Below, piece by piece: positions 26,788 through 36,054 of a DNA stretch of 64,000 nt; position 1 is the first letter of the stretch, and the number at the start of each line of letters is the position of its first letter. Below the pieces are notes generated by a model, which worked only from the letters and a program-made list of their open reading frames with translations, was not told the DNA's origin and made no database searches. The position numbers and the translations under genes are program-made. Source of the stretch: a virus (taxonomy: Duplodnaviria; Caudoviricetes); IMG/VR virus record IMGVR_UViG_3300014208_000036, positions 1 to 64,000 of that record, one strand, 5' to 3'.

Positions 26788-27102
26788 ATGGCAAAGAATC
26801 GTTTTCGAGTTGATTCCAGTCGGTATGAATCCGTTGACGTTGTGCATCCTGAAATGCAGGATATTGATTCGCTCGCTATCCTAACGGATGATGAGCTCGG
26901 TGCTCGTGCACGAACGCTTGAAGGTGAACGAACTTCCATGCTTGTCGAGCAGGCACGTGAGGCGAATGTCATTCCTTGGGAGGTTGAAATTGCATACGTG
27001 CGGCGAGAGCAGCAGATCAGGAAGCTTCGTCGTGATGCTCACGAGGCATACCTGGAAAGGTTGCAGACCCAACGTTCTGCGAAGAGCGGGAGATCCAACT
27101 GA
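26788..27102 (+). CDS. Hypothetical protein
   Basis: MAKNRFRV...; coupled to the sigma gene. Confidence 0.7.
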   Translation: MAKNRFRVDSSRYESVDVVHPEMQDIDSLAILTDDELGARARTLEGERTSMLVEQAREANVIPWEVEIAYVRREQQIRKLRRDAHEAYLERLQTQRSAKSGRSN

Positions 27103-27974
27103 TGATCGATCGATCGTTAAAGGTCGATCGATCGAGGAAGGAAAGCTCGAAGCACGTTGCGATCGATACGTACCTAACTTCACTTCAAAAAATTCCGCAA
27201 CTCAAACATGCTGAACTCGTTTCATTGTTTGAAAAATACGTCGCAGGTCGTAAACAGATCGAGGATGATGTTTATGAACGAACGCCGGAGGCAGACCGCA
27301 TCAGGAAAAAACTGATTGAGTCAAATCTTCGGCTCGTTGTTTCGATCGCAAAGCAATACAAGGTTGGAAATATCTCGCTTGAGGATTTGATTCAAGAGGG
27401 AAATATCGGCCTTATGAAGGCTATCGAACGATTCGATCATGAAAAAGGATTCAGATTTTCCACGTATGCAACGTGGTGGATCAAGCAATCGATCGGACAA
27501 TTTCTCCTGAAAAACAAGAGGATGATCAGGTTGCCTGCTCATGCGGCGACGATTCAAAGGAAATTGATTCAAGCAACAGAGGAATTCAAGGAGCAAACGG
27601 GAACGATTCCCACAAATGAAGAATTAACGGAGATCCTCGGCGCTTCAGAGGTCGTTGTTAACGCAACGATTCATTCGAACAAAAACATCGTATCGTTGAA
27701 CGATACGTGCGGGCGTTCTGATGGATCGGACGGAAATACCTACGAAAATAGGATCGTCGATGATCGACCTGGTGTTGATCCGTTTGATAACGTTCTCGAA
27801 AAGCAACTGATCGATGTGGTCAGTGAGGTTCTCAGCACGCTTTCGCCGAAGGAATCAGCAGTTCTCAGGTTGAGATTCGGGCTCGTCGATGATTGTATCG
27901 ATCAGGAATCGTATCCAATCACAGTCAATGAACTTGAAGCGCTGAAATCTGGCGAAGGCATGCAGGATCCATGA
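27102..27974 (+). CDS. Sigma70-family RNA polymerase sigma factor (group 1/2-like) lacking the region 4.2 HTH
   Basis: NLRLVVSIAKQY, EDLIQEGNIGLMKAIERFD...FSTYATWWIKQSI, region 3, LSPKESAVLRLRFGL, then a divergent tail. Confidence 0.9.
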   Translation: MIDRSLKVDRSRKESSKHVAIDTYLTSLQKIPQLKHAELVSLFEKYVAGRKQIEDDVYERTPEADRIRKKLIESNLRLVVSIAKQYKVGNISLEDLIQEGNIGLMKAIERFDHEKGFRFSTYATWWIKQSIGQFLLKNKRMIRLPAHAATIQRKLIQATEEFKEQTGTIPTNEELTEILGASEVVVNATIHSNKNIVSLNDTCGRSDGSDGNTYENRIVDDRPGVDPFDNVLEKQLIDVVSEVLSTLSPKESAVLRLRFGLVDDCIDQESYPITVNELEALKSGEGMQDP

Positions 27975-28240
27975 TTACGATGTTTGGTTGTTTGATGACC
28001 TGCGCAATGATTGCGATGCAAATCGCATCGCTTTTGTTGATTGTTTACATTGCAACAAAAGCTCACGAACTTTGCACGGAAAAGAAAGCGGCTTCAACAC
28101 CTGAACCTTCAAAACGATCGGGTGTTGAAGCCGTTAAAGGCCTCGCAACGAGGCTTGATGAATTGCACACAACAAGGTTAGCACCGAAGGTTAGGAACGT
28201 TTGGAATGTCGAAGAAAAGAACAACGATCGCGACGAGTGA
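27971..28240 (+). CDS. Small membrane-anchored protein
   Basis: N-terminal hydrophobic helix. Confidence 0.65.
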   Translation: MITMFGCLMTCAMIAMQIASLLLIVYIATKAHELCTEKKAASTPEPSKRSGVEAVKGLATRLDELHTTRLAPKVRNVWNVEEKNNDRDE

Positions 28241-28445
28241 TCATAGACCTATTTTCGTGTATGATCGAACAACGCAAATGACAAAACCGTTGTTCATTGT
28301 CTACGATGTCAACCTCGTTGGATTGATCATCGATCGGTGCTTTTCAAGCATCGCAGAACAACTCCACGTATCAACGTTCAAACTCCATCCCTAGCACCGA
28401 GTGCGATGCAATGGCATTCAGTGAAACCAACAAATCAACAAGGAA

Positions 28446-28733
28446 ATGATGAGTAAAGAATACAGTACGGTCACCGCCGATGATGGCGTTAATTACCGCG
28501 AAATTGCGGAAACGATGACATTGCTCGGATTTAAGATGAATCATTCGTCGGCACGCAATAACGTGATTCGAATCATGGAAAAATTTGTAAAAGCGATCAT
28601 TGATGAAAAATTGATCGATGATCAGGAAAAAATTACCGCCATCGCTCGATCATCATCATTTCAATCAGCATTGTCCATTATGCTTCAAACGATCGAAATG
28701 GGCCGACGCGATAAGCGAAAGTCGCATAGGTAG
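28446..28733 (+). CDS. Stand-alone HTH protein resembling sigma region 4
   Basis: VNYREIAETM...GFKMNHSSARNNVIRIMEKF. Confidence 0.65.
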   Translation: MMSKEYSTVTADDGVNYREIAETMTLLGFKMNHSSARNNVIRIMEKFVKAIIDEKLIDDQEKITAIARSSSFQSALSIMLQTIEMGRRDKRKSHR

Positions 28734-28737
28734 AAAC

Positions 28738-29163
28738 ATGAAAATTAAGATGAAAAATCAACCAAGACTTCGACTTGCTGATTTGTTACGACGCAGAAAA
28801 ATGTCATTGACACGATTTATGTCCGAATTTGGCATTACCACGTACGCGGAATTGGTCGATAAATCAACGCGTATCGGTGTTGTTGCTCCAGCACAGCATG
28901 AATTTGATGCTTTAGGATTGGAGGTTGTGAACGATCCAATGAACGGTGTTATCGTTGTTGGTCCACAGGAATCGCCAGATGACGAGTGTCCTCCACCCGG
29001 CTGGCAACCGAGCGAGGAAGATCTTTCTCGAATGGAGAGCGCTCCCATGTACGATCCAGATGCACACATGGGTGGTGAACAGGAAGAAATTGCCGGCAAA
29101 CAAATATTGAGCGAATTGAAGAAGAAATCTTCAAGAAAATCAAAGAAGGGTTCCGATGTCTGA
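28738..29163 (+). CDS. Hypothetical protein
   Basis: MKIKMKNQPRLRL... Confidence 0.65.
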   Translation: MKIKMKNQPRLRLADLLRRRKMSLTRFMSEFGITTYAELVDKSTRIGVVAPAQHEFDALGLEVVNDPMNGVIVVGPQESPDDECPPPGWQPSEEDLSRMESAPMYDPDAHMGGEQEEIAGKQILSELKKKSSRKSKKGSDV

Positions 29164-29464
29164 GGAACGATTTCCGCGATTGCGCATGATTGATGTTGAA
29201 CCCCGTCGACAAAAAAAGCAAAATGATGGAAGGCATCATCGAAATGATGAATTTTCGGACATTGTTTCCATCGTTAAAAACAGGTGTTCACAAGCGTACG
29301 AAAAAGGTAGAAAAGAGGGCGTCCTCGTCGCCGCGGATGTAATTGAGATCATTGTGAATAGACTCCGTGAAGTTCAAGTTGGTAAATCATTGACAGTTGA
29401 GGAAGTTATTTCCGACGCCGAGTCATCGATTCATGAACTACGTAACACGATCAAACGTACGTAA
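29156..29464 (+). CDS. Hypothetical protein
   Basis: Contiguous ORF. Confidence 0.6.
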   Translation: MSEERFPRLRMIDVEPRRQKKQNDGRHHRNDEFSDIVSIVKNRCSQAYEKGRKEGVLVAADVIEIIVNRLREVQVGKSLTVEEVISDAESSIHELRNTIKRT

Positions 29465-29475
29465 TACGTATTTGG

Positions 29476-29859
29476 GTGATGATCGTCATCCCAAAATTTG
29501 ATGCGTGGGTGAGGGATTCATTGAACATCGTTGACGATCCACTTCTCAAGGAATACATCGTAGGCGTTCTTCTTGACGTTGTAAATTCAAAAATTTCCGT
29601 TGATGAGTCATTGACGTTAATGTTGATCGATGGAATCGATAAGCGTAATTTTTCGCTTCTACAACGGACAGGGGATGCAGCGTTGTGGAACATGATCATG
29701 TTTCCTACGACCAACTTTGAGGTAGCGCGCAACGTTGGTAGAACCGCATACAAGAATTGTCACGTGATACTGAACGGTTCATTTAAGTTGTACGAAGTAT
29801 TATCCTGCGACCTGGTGGATATCACGAGAACGGTTCGACAAGCCATCGTAATACGCTAA
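29476..29859 (+). CDS. Hypothetical protein
   Basis: Contiguous ORF. Confidence 0.6.
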   Translation: MMIVIPKFDAWVRDSLNIVDDPLLKEYIVGVLLDVVNSKISVDESLTLMLIDGIDKRNFSLLQRTGDAALWNMIMFPTTNFEVARNVGRTAYKNCHVILNGSFKLYEVLSCDLVDITRTVRQAIVIR

Positions 29860-29904
29860 GCGAGGTTGTGCAACGCGCAGCCAGCCATGGTATAGTTGTC
29901 GTAT

Positions 29905-30186
29905 ATGGCATACTACGGTTTTAAACCAAATCCGAAGCAGCTTGTGATCAACAAGGCAATGAGTGTTTTCGGGCGCGAAGCCAAGATCAAGGTTACGGGA
30001 GCGAGGCTAACGCCCATCGAGTGCAAGGTTTCGACCCTGCCCGATGATAGCTATCATGTTGAGTGCATCGTCGACGGACAGGTTGTTGGCCAGTCCAACT
30101 CCAGAAATTGGCGAAATGCATACAAGCAGCTTGCGGAAAAAATTGGTGCGTTGAAATCTCAAAATGTGCAAGGCCCTACGCTGTAG
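29905..30186 (+). CDS. Hypothetical protein
   Basis: Promoter GTGCAA-N17-TATAGT at 29868. Confidence 0.65.
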   Translation: MAYYGFKPNPKQLVINKAMSVFGREAKIKVTGARLTPIECKVSTLPDDSYHVECIVDGQVVGQSNSRNWRNAYKQLAEKIGALKSQNVQGPTL

Positions 30187-30246
30187 TGGTATAAAGGGTC
30201 AAGTTACCAAGTAACGAAAAGAAAGTGAACGGAGAAAAGAACCAAA

Positions 30247-31371
30247 ATGTCCAGCATGACCATCAAGACCTTTGTCAATGTCGCCAAGCGACTTCCCGCC
30301 GACACGAGCATCCTGATCAGGGGCGCTCACGGTATCGGAAAGAGTCAGATCGTGAGGCAAATTGCGGAGCAACTCCGCAGTTTGATGAACCTCGCTGAGC
30401 TGCCAGTCATCGATCGACGACTCTCACAGATGAGTGAGGGTGATGTCGTCGGTCTTCCTTCGACGGACGGAAACGTCACCCGATTCAATCCTCCGGATTG
30501 GTACAAGAAGGCCTGTGTCGAGCCTTGCATCCTTTTTCTCGATGAGCTCAACAGGGCGACGCCCGAGGTGATGCAGGCAGCGTTCCAGATCGTTCTCGAT
30601 CGCGAGCTGAATGGGCACAGGCTTCACCCGCAGACCAGGGTGTTCTCCGCTGTGAACGCTTCGGCTGCATACACCGTCAACGAAATCGATCCGGCACTGC
30701 TCGATCGTTTTTGGACGATCGATCTCGATCCAGATCGTGATGATTGGCTCGCATGGGCGCGTGAGAGCGGAATCGCCGATTGTATCATCGAGTTCCACAG
30801 CGTCAATTCGAACTGGCTCGACACGCCAAAGAACGTTGAATCGAACGTTGTTGCTCCCTCACGAAGGTCGTGGGAGCGTCTCAGCAAGGCATTGGTTGCT
30901 GAGGAACTGGCTGAAAAGCCCGATGATAACCTCTTTTATTCGATTTGCATCGGATATGTCGGCACGGAAGCGTCGATCGCATTCACGCAATTCTGCAAGA
31001 CGATCGACAACCGTTTCTCCGGAAAGGATATCATCAACGACTACGATTCCGTCAGGAAGAAGGTCCTGCGTGGAAACAGCATCAGCATCATGAATGCTGC
31101 ATGCGATTACGTTGCTGAGTACCTTCTCACGCTCGACAAGGTTACTCCTGAGCAGGGAGAGAACCTCAGGAAGTTCTTCAACGATGTTCCCAAGGAGCTG
31201 CGGCTCAACACCTGGGGCAAGGTCGTGAAGCACGGTGTTCAGAAGCTTGACCTTGCGGCGAGCATCCACGAATACGTTGTCGATGCCCTGCTCGAGGTCT
31301 TCGGTACGAAGCGAGGAGCTGCGGGTGTCGGGATGGTCCCCATCATCCCCGACATCTTCAACAAGAAGTGA
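30247..31371 (+). CDS. MoxR-like AAA+ ATPase
   Basis: GAHGIGKS Walker A, LFLDELNRA Walker B, SAVN sensor, DPALLDRF; promoter at 30166. Confidence 0.9.
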   Translation: MSSMTIKTFVNVAKRLPADTSILIRGAHGIGKSQIVRQIAEQLRSLMNLAELPVIDRRLSQMSEGDVVGLPSTDGNVTRFNPPDWYKKACVEPCILFLDELNRATPEVMQAAFQIVLDRELNGHRLHPQTRVFSAVNASAAYTVNEIDPALLDRFWTIDLDPDRDDWLAWARESGIADCIIEFHSVNSNWLDTPKNVESNVVAPSRRSWERLSKALVAEELAEKPDDNLFYSICIGYVGTEASIAFTQFCKTIDNRFSGKDIINDYDSVRKKVLRGNSISIMNAACDYVAEYLLTLDKVTPEQGENLRKFFNDVPKELRLNTWGKVVKHGVQKLDLAASIHEYVVDALLEVFGTKRGAAGVGMVPIIPDIFNKK

Positions 31372-31378
31372 GTTTGAG

Positions 31379-31411
31379 GGCGACCACCTACTTACGTAGG
31401 TGGTCGCCTTT
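31379..31411 (+). terminator. Perfect 13-bp hairpin (terminator or translational control)
   Basis: GGCGACCACCTAC-TTAC-GTAGGTGGTCGCC-TTT. Confidence 0.65.
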
Positions 31412-31882
31412 GATGAAATCATCTGGAAAAATAAATCGCTCGCCAGGCATCAAAAAAGATCAAAGTGTGGTAGGAGCGATGTTGGACGCCTCAAAAGGGA
31501 ATTCGATGCGATCGATTCAATCGAAAAGGTTGTCGAGCATTGCAAATCACTGAACTTGAGAATCAAGTTCACCAACGAACCCGATGGTTCAATTTACTTC
31601 GAGTCGAGCATCATCTCGATAAATTCAAGGTTGAACCCTATCAGACAATTGAACGTTATTCTCCATGAACTCGGTCATTTCAACGTTGAATCGAAAAATA
31701 TCCTATGCGATCATCTATCGAACAGCATCGATTCGGTTCACAATGAACTGAATGCATGGGTTGAGGGCATGTCGATAGCACGGTCGTTGAAGATCAACAT
31801 TGATGCAACAGCGTATGAACGTGATCGTACCATGTACGTTAAAACGTACATGAAATCAGCGCTTCGAAGGAAAAAACCGTGA
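31400..31882 (+). CDS. ImmA/IrrE-like zinc metallopeptidase
   Basis: ILHELGHF...NELNAW. Confidence 0.7.
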   Translation: MVAFDEIIWKNKSLARHQKRSKCGRSDVGRLKREFDAIDSIEKVVEHCKSLNLRIKFTNEPDGSIYFESSIISINSRLNPIRQLNVILHELGHFNVESKNILCDHLSNSIDSVHNELNAWVEGMSIARSLKINIDATAYERDRTMYVKTYMKSALRRKKP

Positions 31883-32328
31883 GCAAACATCCTCAACTTT
31901 TGTACGTCAACGGAGCATCGATGACACCTCCGGATGAGGTTACGATGGCTCTTGTGAAGATTTTGATGATCGAAGAAGGATTGATTCCAATCGATTTTCA
32001 AACGCAGGCAATTCATTGTTTCAACTATTCGATCTTCTGCCAGAATCTTGGAAAGTCGTTGTCGGATCCAGCGAACAAGAAACGTCGACGGAAGTTCAGG
32101 AAATTGTGGCGGGCATGCATGAAGCATGATATCGAGATCATGCTACAAACCCGAGGAAAACCTGCGGTCGACAATCCAGAAATTTTTAGGACGATCCGAC
32201 ATGATGTGGAGGTAAGGTACGGTCTTGGAAAGGCGTCAAGGAACGCCAATCACATTCGTTTCATCGCAGTCGTCTCTTTCCTACTTGAAAAAGCATTGAA
32301 CGTAACCGGAAAAGGAGTCACCGAATGA
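31879..32328 (+). CDS. Hypothetical protein
   Basis: Contiguous ORF. Confidence 0.6.
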   Translation: MSKHPQLLYVNGASMTPPDEVTMALVKILMIEEGLIPIDFQTQAIHCFNYSIFCQNLGKSLSDPANKKRRRKFRKLWRACMKHDIEIMLQTRGKPAVDNPEIFRTIRHDVEVRYGLGKASRNANHIRFIAVVSFLLEKALNVTGKGVTE

Positions 32329-32491
32329 TTCGATTATGATTGATTGTGATTGATAATTTTATTGTGGGAGTTGAACTTTGCTAGGTGAAACCCATTGAAA
32401 AATGGTTAGTAACCTTTTTTCGTTCTGTGAACTTTTATGCGTTACCATGATACGATGTACCATCGGTCGGACGTTGAAGGTGTAGGTACAT

Positions 32492-32959
32492 ATGCGGACA
32501 AAAATCACCTGGACGGGTGGGACGCCTCCCATAAAACATCGCAAAAATTCAACTCGTAAGTCGAACAAGGACACAAATAAAAAAATGAACAGTTTCATCC
32601 CCTACGTTGGGAAAACCTTTTACCCAATCGATGAAGCCAGGGTTGAACTGGTCAAACCCGTCCCAGGGATGTTGTTCTCAGCGAAGCAATGTTTTGAAAT
32701 GATACATACGGATGCTGCGCTCCGGATGATTCGATCGAATATCCATGAACACCCGTATTTTTATGTACGGCCGTGCTCAAATGTGAGAGCAAGGGAAAAA
32801 ATCGTAGAACTTGGTGATCCTGTCATCTTCCTATACGAAGAACACATGAAGGAATTTGATCAGGGAATCGTGTTGAATGTCGTGAGACACGTTTTTCTTA
32901 CGAGCGGGATGAAGGTATGCATCATCACAAACATGGACGCATTGATGCTCGTGCAATGA
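32492..32959 (+). CDS. Hypothetical protein
   Basis: Start uncertain (possibly 32585). Confidence 0.55.
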   Translation: MRTKITWTGGTPPIKHRKNSTRKSNKDTNKKMNSFIPYVGKTFYPIDEARVELVKPVPGMLFSAKQCFEMIHTDAALRMIRSNIHEHPYFYVRPCSNVRAREKIVELGDPVIFLYEEHMKEFDQGIVLNVVRHVFLTSGMKVCIITNMDALMLVQ

Positions 32960-33229
32960 GTGCAAATTGTGGCATATCAATGGTATGCTTTTGGAATGGG
33001 CGATGTCGTAAAATTTTCTGATTACGTTGATGAATGGAAGGAGCTTTTTAAGCTAGATTCCTTATCGTCAACGCTGTACGTATACGGGAATAAAAAGACA
33101 GGATCGATCGAGGTGGTTCAAATTGATGATGAGATGAAATCAATTAGGACCTTGATCGATGAGCCGGATGCTCGTTTCATAATTGAGGCATTATGCCTTC
33201 ACCGTGGCATCGAGTTTAATCGCTTTTGA
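32960..33229 (+). CDS. Hypothetical protein
   Basis: Likely start MGDVVKF. Confidence 0.55.
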   Translation: MQIVAYQWYAFGMGDVVKFSDYVDEWKELFKLDSLSSTLYVYGNKKTGSIEVVQIDDEMKSIRTLIDEPDARFIIEALCLHRGIEFNRF

Positions 33230-33315
33230 CGAATTGTGTTTTCCATTAAAGGCCGCGGGAAATTTTCTCAATTGACACGTGATGTTTCGGTGCAGTCACC
33301 GATAAAAGGTATAAA

Positions 33316-34038
33316 ATGAACGAAGAAAAATCAGTGTTTAACATCCTTGATGAGCTTGAGTCCACCGCCGGGTCCAACGCAAAGAAGGAAATCCTGTTCA
33401 AGAATCGTCACAATGAACTTCTAAAAAAAGTTTTCATCGCGGCGTGCGATCCTTACACCGTTTACTACGTGAACAAGTTCAAGATGCCCGTTTCAAAAGA
33501 CGAACAGTCTGACGACAACATCCTGGATTATTTTTGTGACGTGGTGCTTCCGCCTTTGTCATCGAGGACTATGACCGGAAATGACGCGAAGCAGTGGGTC
33601 ACCGATGCCTTCGAAAGGATGAACGAAAATCAGCAGAAATGGTGCCTCCGCATTCTCCTGAAAAATCTTAGGGTTGGTGTTCAAGAATCAACATTGAACA
33701 AGGTTTGGCCTGGGCTTGTTAAAAGCTTCGCGGTCGCGCTCGCGACGACCGTGAAGAGTGAGTTCGTGAAAGGTGAAGGGATCAGGATCCTCGATAACGT
33801 CGAATATCCGGTTCGTTGTGAACCGAAGCTCGATGGATTGCGTTGCATCGCTGTGAAGCAAGATGGCGTCGTGACGTTATTTACACGTAACGGTACTGTC
33901 CTTGAATCATCCGCCTTACAGTCAATTAAAGAAACGTTGGAAAAACTTCCATATGATAATATTGTCTTAGATGGTGAACTTTTGGACGATGATCTTACAT
34001 GGAATAGCACAATTTCAGCAGCTATGAAAAAGAGTTAA
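33316..34038 (+). CDS. ATP-dependent DNA ligase, N-terminal half
   Basis: Motif I EPKLDG, FTRNG, motif III LDGEL; TAA at 34036. Confidence 0.9.
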   Translation: MNEEKSVFNILDELESTAGSNAKKEILFKNRHNELLKKVFIAACDPYTVYYVNKFKMPVSKDEQSDDNILDYFCDVVLPPLSSRTMTGNDAKQWVTDAFERMNENQQKWCLRILLKNLRVGVQESTLNKVWPGLVKSFAVALATTVKSEFVKGEGIRILDNVEYPVRCEPKLDGLRCIAVKQDGVVTLFTRNGTVLESSALQSIKETLEKLPYDNIVLDGELLDDDLTWNSTISAAMKKS

Positions 34039-34080
34039 AGATCATACCAAACGTGACTTACTAGTTATAGTACGCATTCT

Positions 34081-34821
34081 ATGACAATATTTCACGTATA
34101 CGTTGATTGGACAGATGAAAAATGTCCTAGACCATTTTATGTTGGAAAAGGAAATGAATTTCGTATTCAACATTACGTAAGAAACAAAAAACACAAATTT
34201 ATAAGAAAGACACTTGGAATACAACGAAAAATTGTATTTTCATCCACTAATGAAAAAGAGTGTTTTCAAAAAGAAATTGAGTTGATTTCAAAATATCATA
34301 CGTTTTACATAGATGATCTTGCTGACAAAGAAATTGTTTGTAATTTTACTAAAGGTGGAGATGGAACGACAGGTTGGATTCCAACTACTACTCAAAGAGA
34401 AAATATTGCTAAAGGCATCAAAAAAGCGTATGAAAAAAATCCTGAATTGGGGAAATTGATATCCGATAAGGCAAAAATTCGGATGAGCGACCCAAATTTC
34501 CGTGCGAAAATTTCACAAAAAATAAAAGATGCGTTGGCGTTAATGCCAGAAGATAAAAAGCGTGAAATGCATCAAAAATCAGCAGTTTCGAATAGAGGGA
34601 AAATCTCTCCACAAAGAGGCTCAAATTCGTGGAGAACAACGCTTAATGACGTTCTTGTAAGACAAATCAAGAACGAATATAATGATTTACGAAAAAATCA
34701 CAAAAAGACTAAAACTGTAAAATTACTTTGTGAAAAACATAATCAAACATATAATGTGATTTACAAGATCGTATCTAATGTAACGTGGAAACATATCGAG
34801 GTAACAAATAATGACAATTGA
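34081..34821 (+). CDS. GIY-YIG-type homing endonuclease with NUMOD-like repeats
   Basis: FHVYVD...FYVGKG..FRI...N.TKGGDG; AT-rich relative to flanks. Confidence 0.8.
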   Translation: MTIFHVYVDWTDEKCPRPFYVGKGNEFRIQHYVRNKKHKFIRKTLGIQRKIVFSSTNEKECFQKEIELISKYHTFYIDDLADKEIVCNFTKGGDGTTGWIPTTTQRENIAKGIKKAYEKNPELGKLISDKAKIRMSDPNFRAKISQKIKDALALMPEDKKREMHQKSAVSNRGKISPQRGSNSWRTTLNDVLVRQIKNEYNDLRKNHKKTKTVKLLCEKHNQTYNVIYKIVSNVTWKHIEVTNNDN

Positions 34822-35440
34822 ACTTAACGTATTCGATGGAATGCTCCTCAAGGATTGGGTTGAACAGACGCCGCACATGATGTACGGTGCACGAACGGAG
34901 TTCGTGAGAATTGTTCTTTCCGACATCAAGGCAACGAACATCAAGCAGGTTGACCACGTCGTCGTAAATTCCGAGGCCGAATTGAAGAATTTCTTTTCAA
35001 AGTGCATGGATGAAGGATTCGAAGGTATCATGTTGAAGACGATGGATTCGTACTACGAATTCAAGCGCTCTGATAACATCAGGAAGCTTAAGCCCTGCGT
35101 TACGTACGAAGGCGTCGTCGTTTCGTGCTACGATGGTCGTCGAGGAACCAAGCGTGAAGGTACGTTCGGAGGGATGGAAATCCTGCTTCCGAACGGTGTT
35201 ATCACCCGTCTTGGAAGCGGATTCAACGATGCAATTCGAGCCGACGTTCAATTGGAAGGTTACGATGCGTACGTTGGTAGGATCGTTGAAATTGAAGCTC
35301 AACCAGATCCATTGACAGCTGATGGATTGAGCGTCGATGGAAAGGCAAGGTTCCCAGTGTTTTGCAGGTTTAGAAGTCCTGCTGACGTCGATAGTAAGGT
35401 TGTTGATGCGTACGATGCGTACGTGAAAGGTTCAAGATGA
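34811..35440 (+). CDS. ATP-dependent DNA ligase, C-terminal half
   Basis: Motif IIIa LNVFD, IV EGIMLK, V KLK, OB fold GSGF, VI RFPVF. Confidence 0.9.
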   Translation: MTIELNVFDGMLLKDWVEQTPHMMYGARTEFVRIVLSDIKATNIKQVDHVVVNSEAELKNFFSKCMDEGFEGIMLKTMDSYYEFKRSDNIRKLKPCVTYEGVVVSCYDGRRGTKREGTFGGMEILLPNGVITRLGSGFNDAIRADVQLEGYDAYVGRIVEIEAQPDPLTADGLSVDGKARFPVFCRFRSPADVDSKVVDAYDAYVKGSR

Positions 35441-35775
35441 TTCTCTGGAAATTCAAGGAAAAACTTGAAACCCGAGGTGAGTCATATCCCTGCCGGGCGT
35501 TCAGATGGGTGATTGAAACAAATGCTTGGAAGAACGGTTCACGTGTAGTCTGGTCGTTCGGCCTGGTCAATCAACGCCAATCCAGAGATTCAACGGAATG
35601 GCGCAGTTCGCATACGCTAGCGTACGAAATTACCGTCACAAACAAACTGTCGTGGGGATCTGAACATTTTTGGTATGATGGTCCACATTGTTCGTTCTCG
35701 ATCGGTCCCATCACGTTTTCATGGGGCGACCTTCCATGGGGAGATCACTGTAGAAAGTGCTATAACGATGATTGA
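35437..35775 (+). CDS. Hypothetical Trp-rich protein
   Basis: ATGA-coupled. Confidence 0.65.
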   Translation: MILWKFKEKLETRGESYPCRAFRWVIETNAWKNGSRVVWSFGLVNQRQSRDSTEWRSSHTLAYEITVTNKLSWGSEHFWYDGPHCSFSIGPITFSWGDLPWGDHCRKCYNDD

Positions 35776-36016
35776 TGATATCGTCTACTATTGTGATAGC
35801 AAGAGGCACCTCGTGTGCACGCCCTACACGGTCGAGAATCTCCATCGTATGGCAACTGATCTGGGAATAAAGCGTTGTTGGTTTCATAGCGGTGCATCGT
35901 ACCCTCATTACGATATTCCCAAACGAAGGATCAATGAGATCACTGAGAAATGTACGCTTGTAAGTTCATATGTGATACTTTCGATTGTAAAGGAAGTGTC
36001 AACCGATGCTCGTTAA
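35768..36016 (+). CDS. DUF4031-like protein
   Basis: HLV...LHRMA..LGIKRCWFH...HYDIP. Confidence 0.75.
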   Translation: MIDDIVYYCDSKRHLVCTPYTVENLHRMATDLGIKRCWFHSGASYPHYDIPKRRINEITEKCTLVSSYVILSIVKEVSTDAR

Positions 36017-36054
36017 TTGTGCAAATTTCCACCCAAGGATGGTAAATCTAGACC

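Noticed and set aside
34039-34821. Group I intron or intein in the ligase
   Set aside because: Only 42 nt upstream and none downstream for catalytic RNA; stop codons and a frame change exclude an intein.
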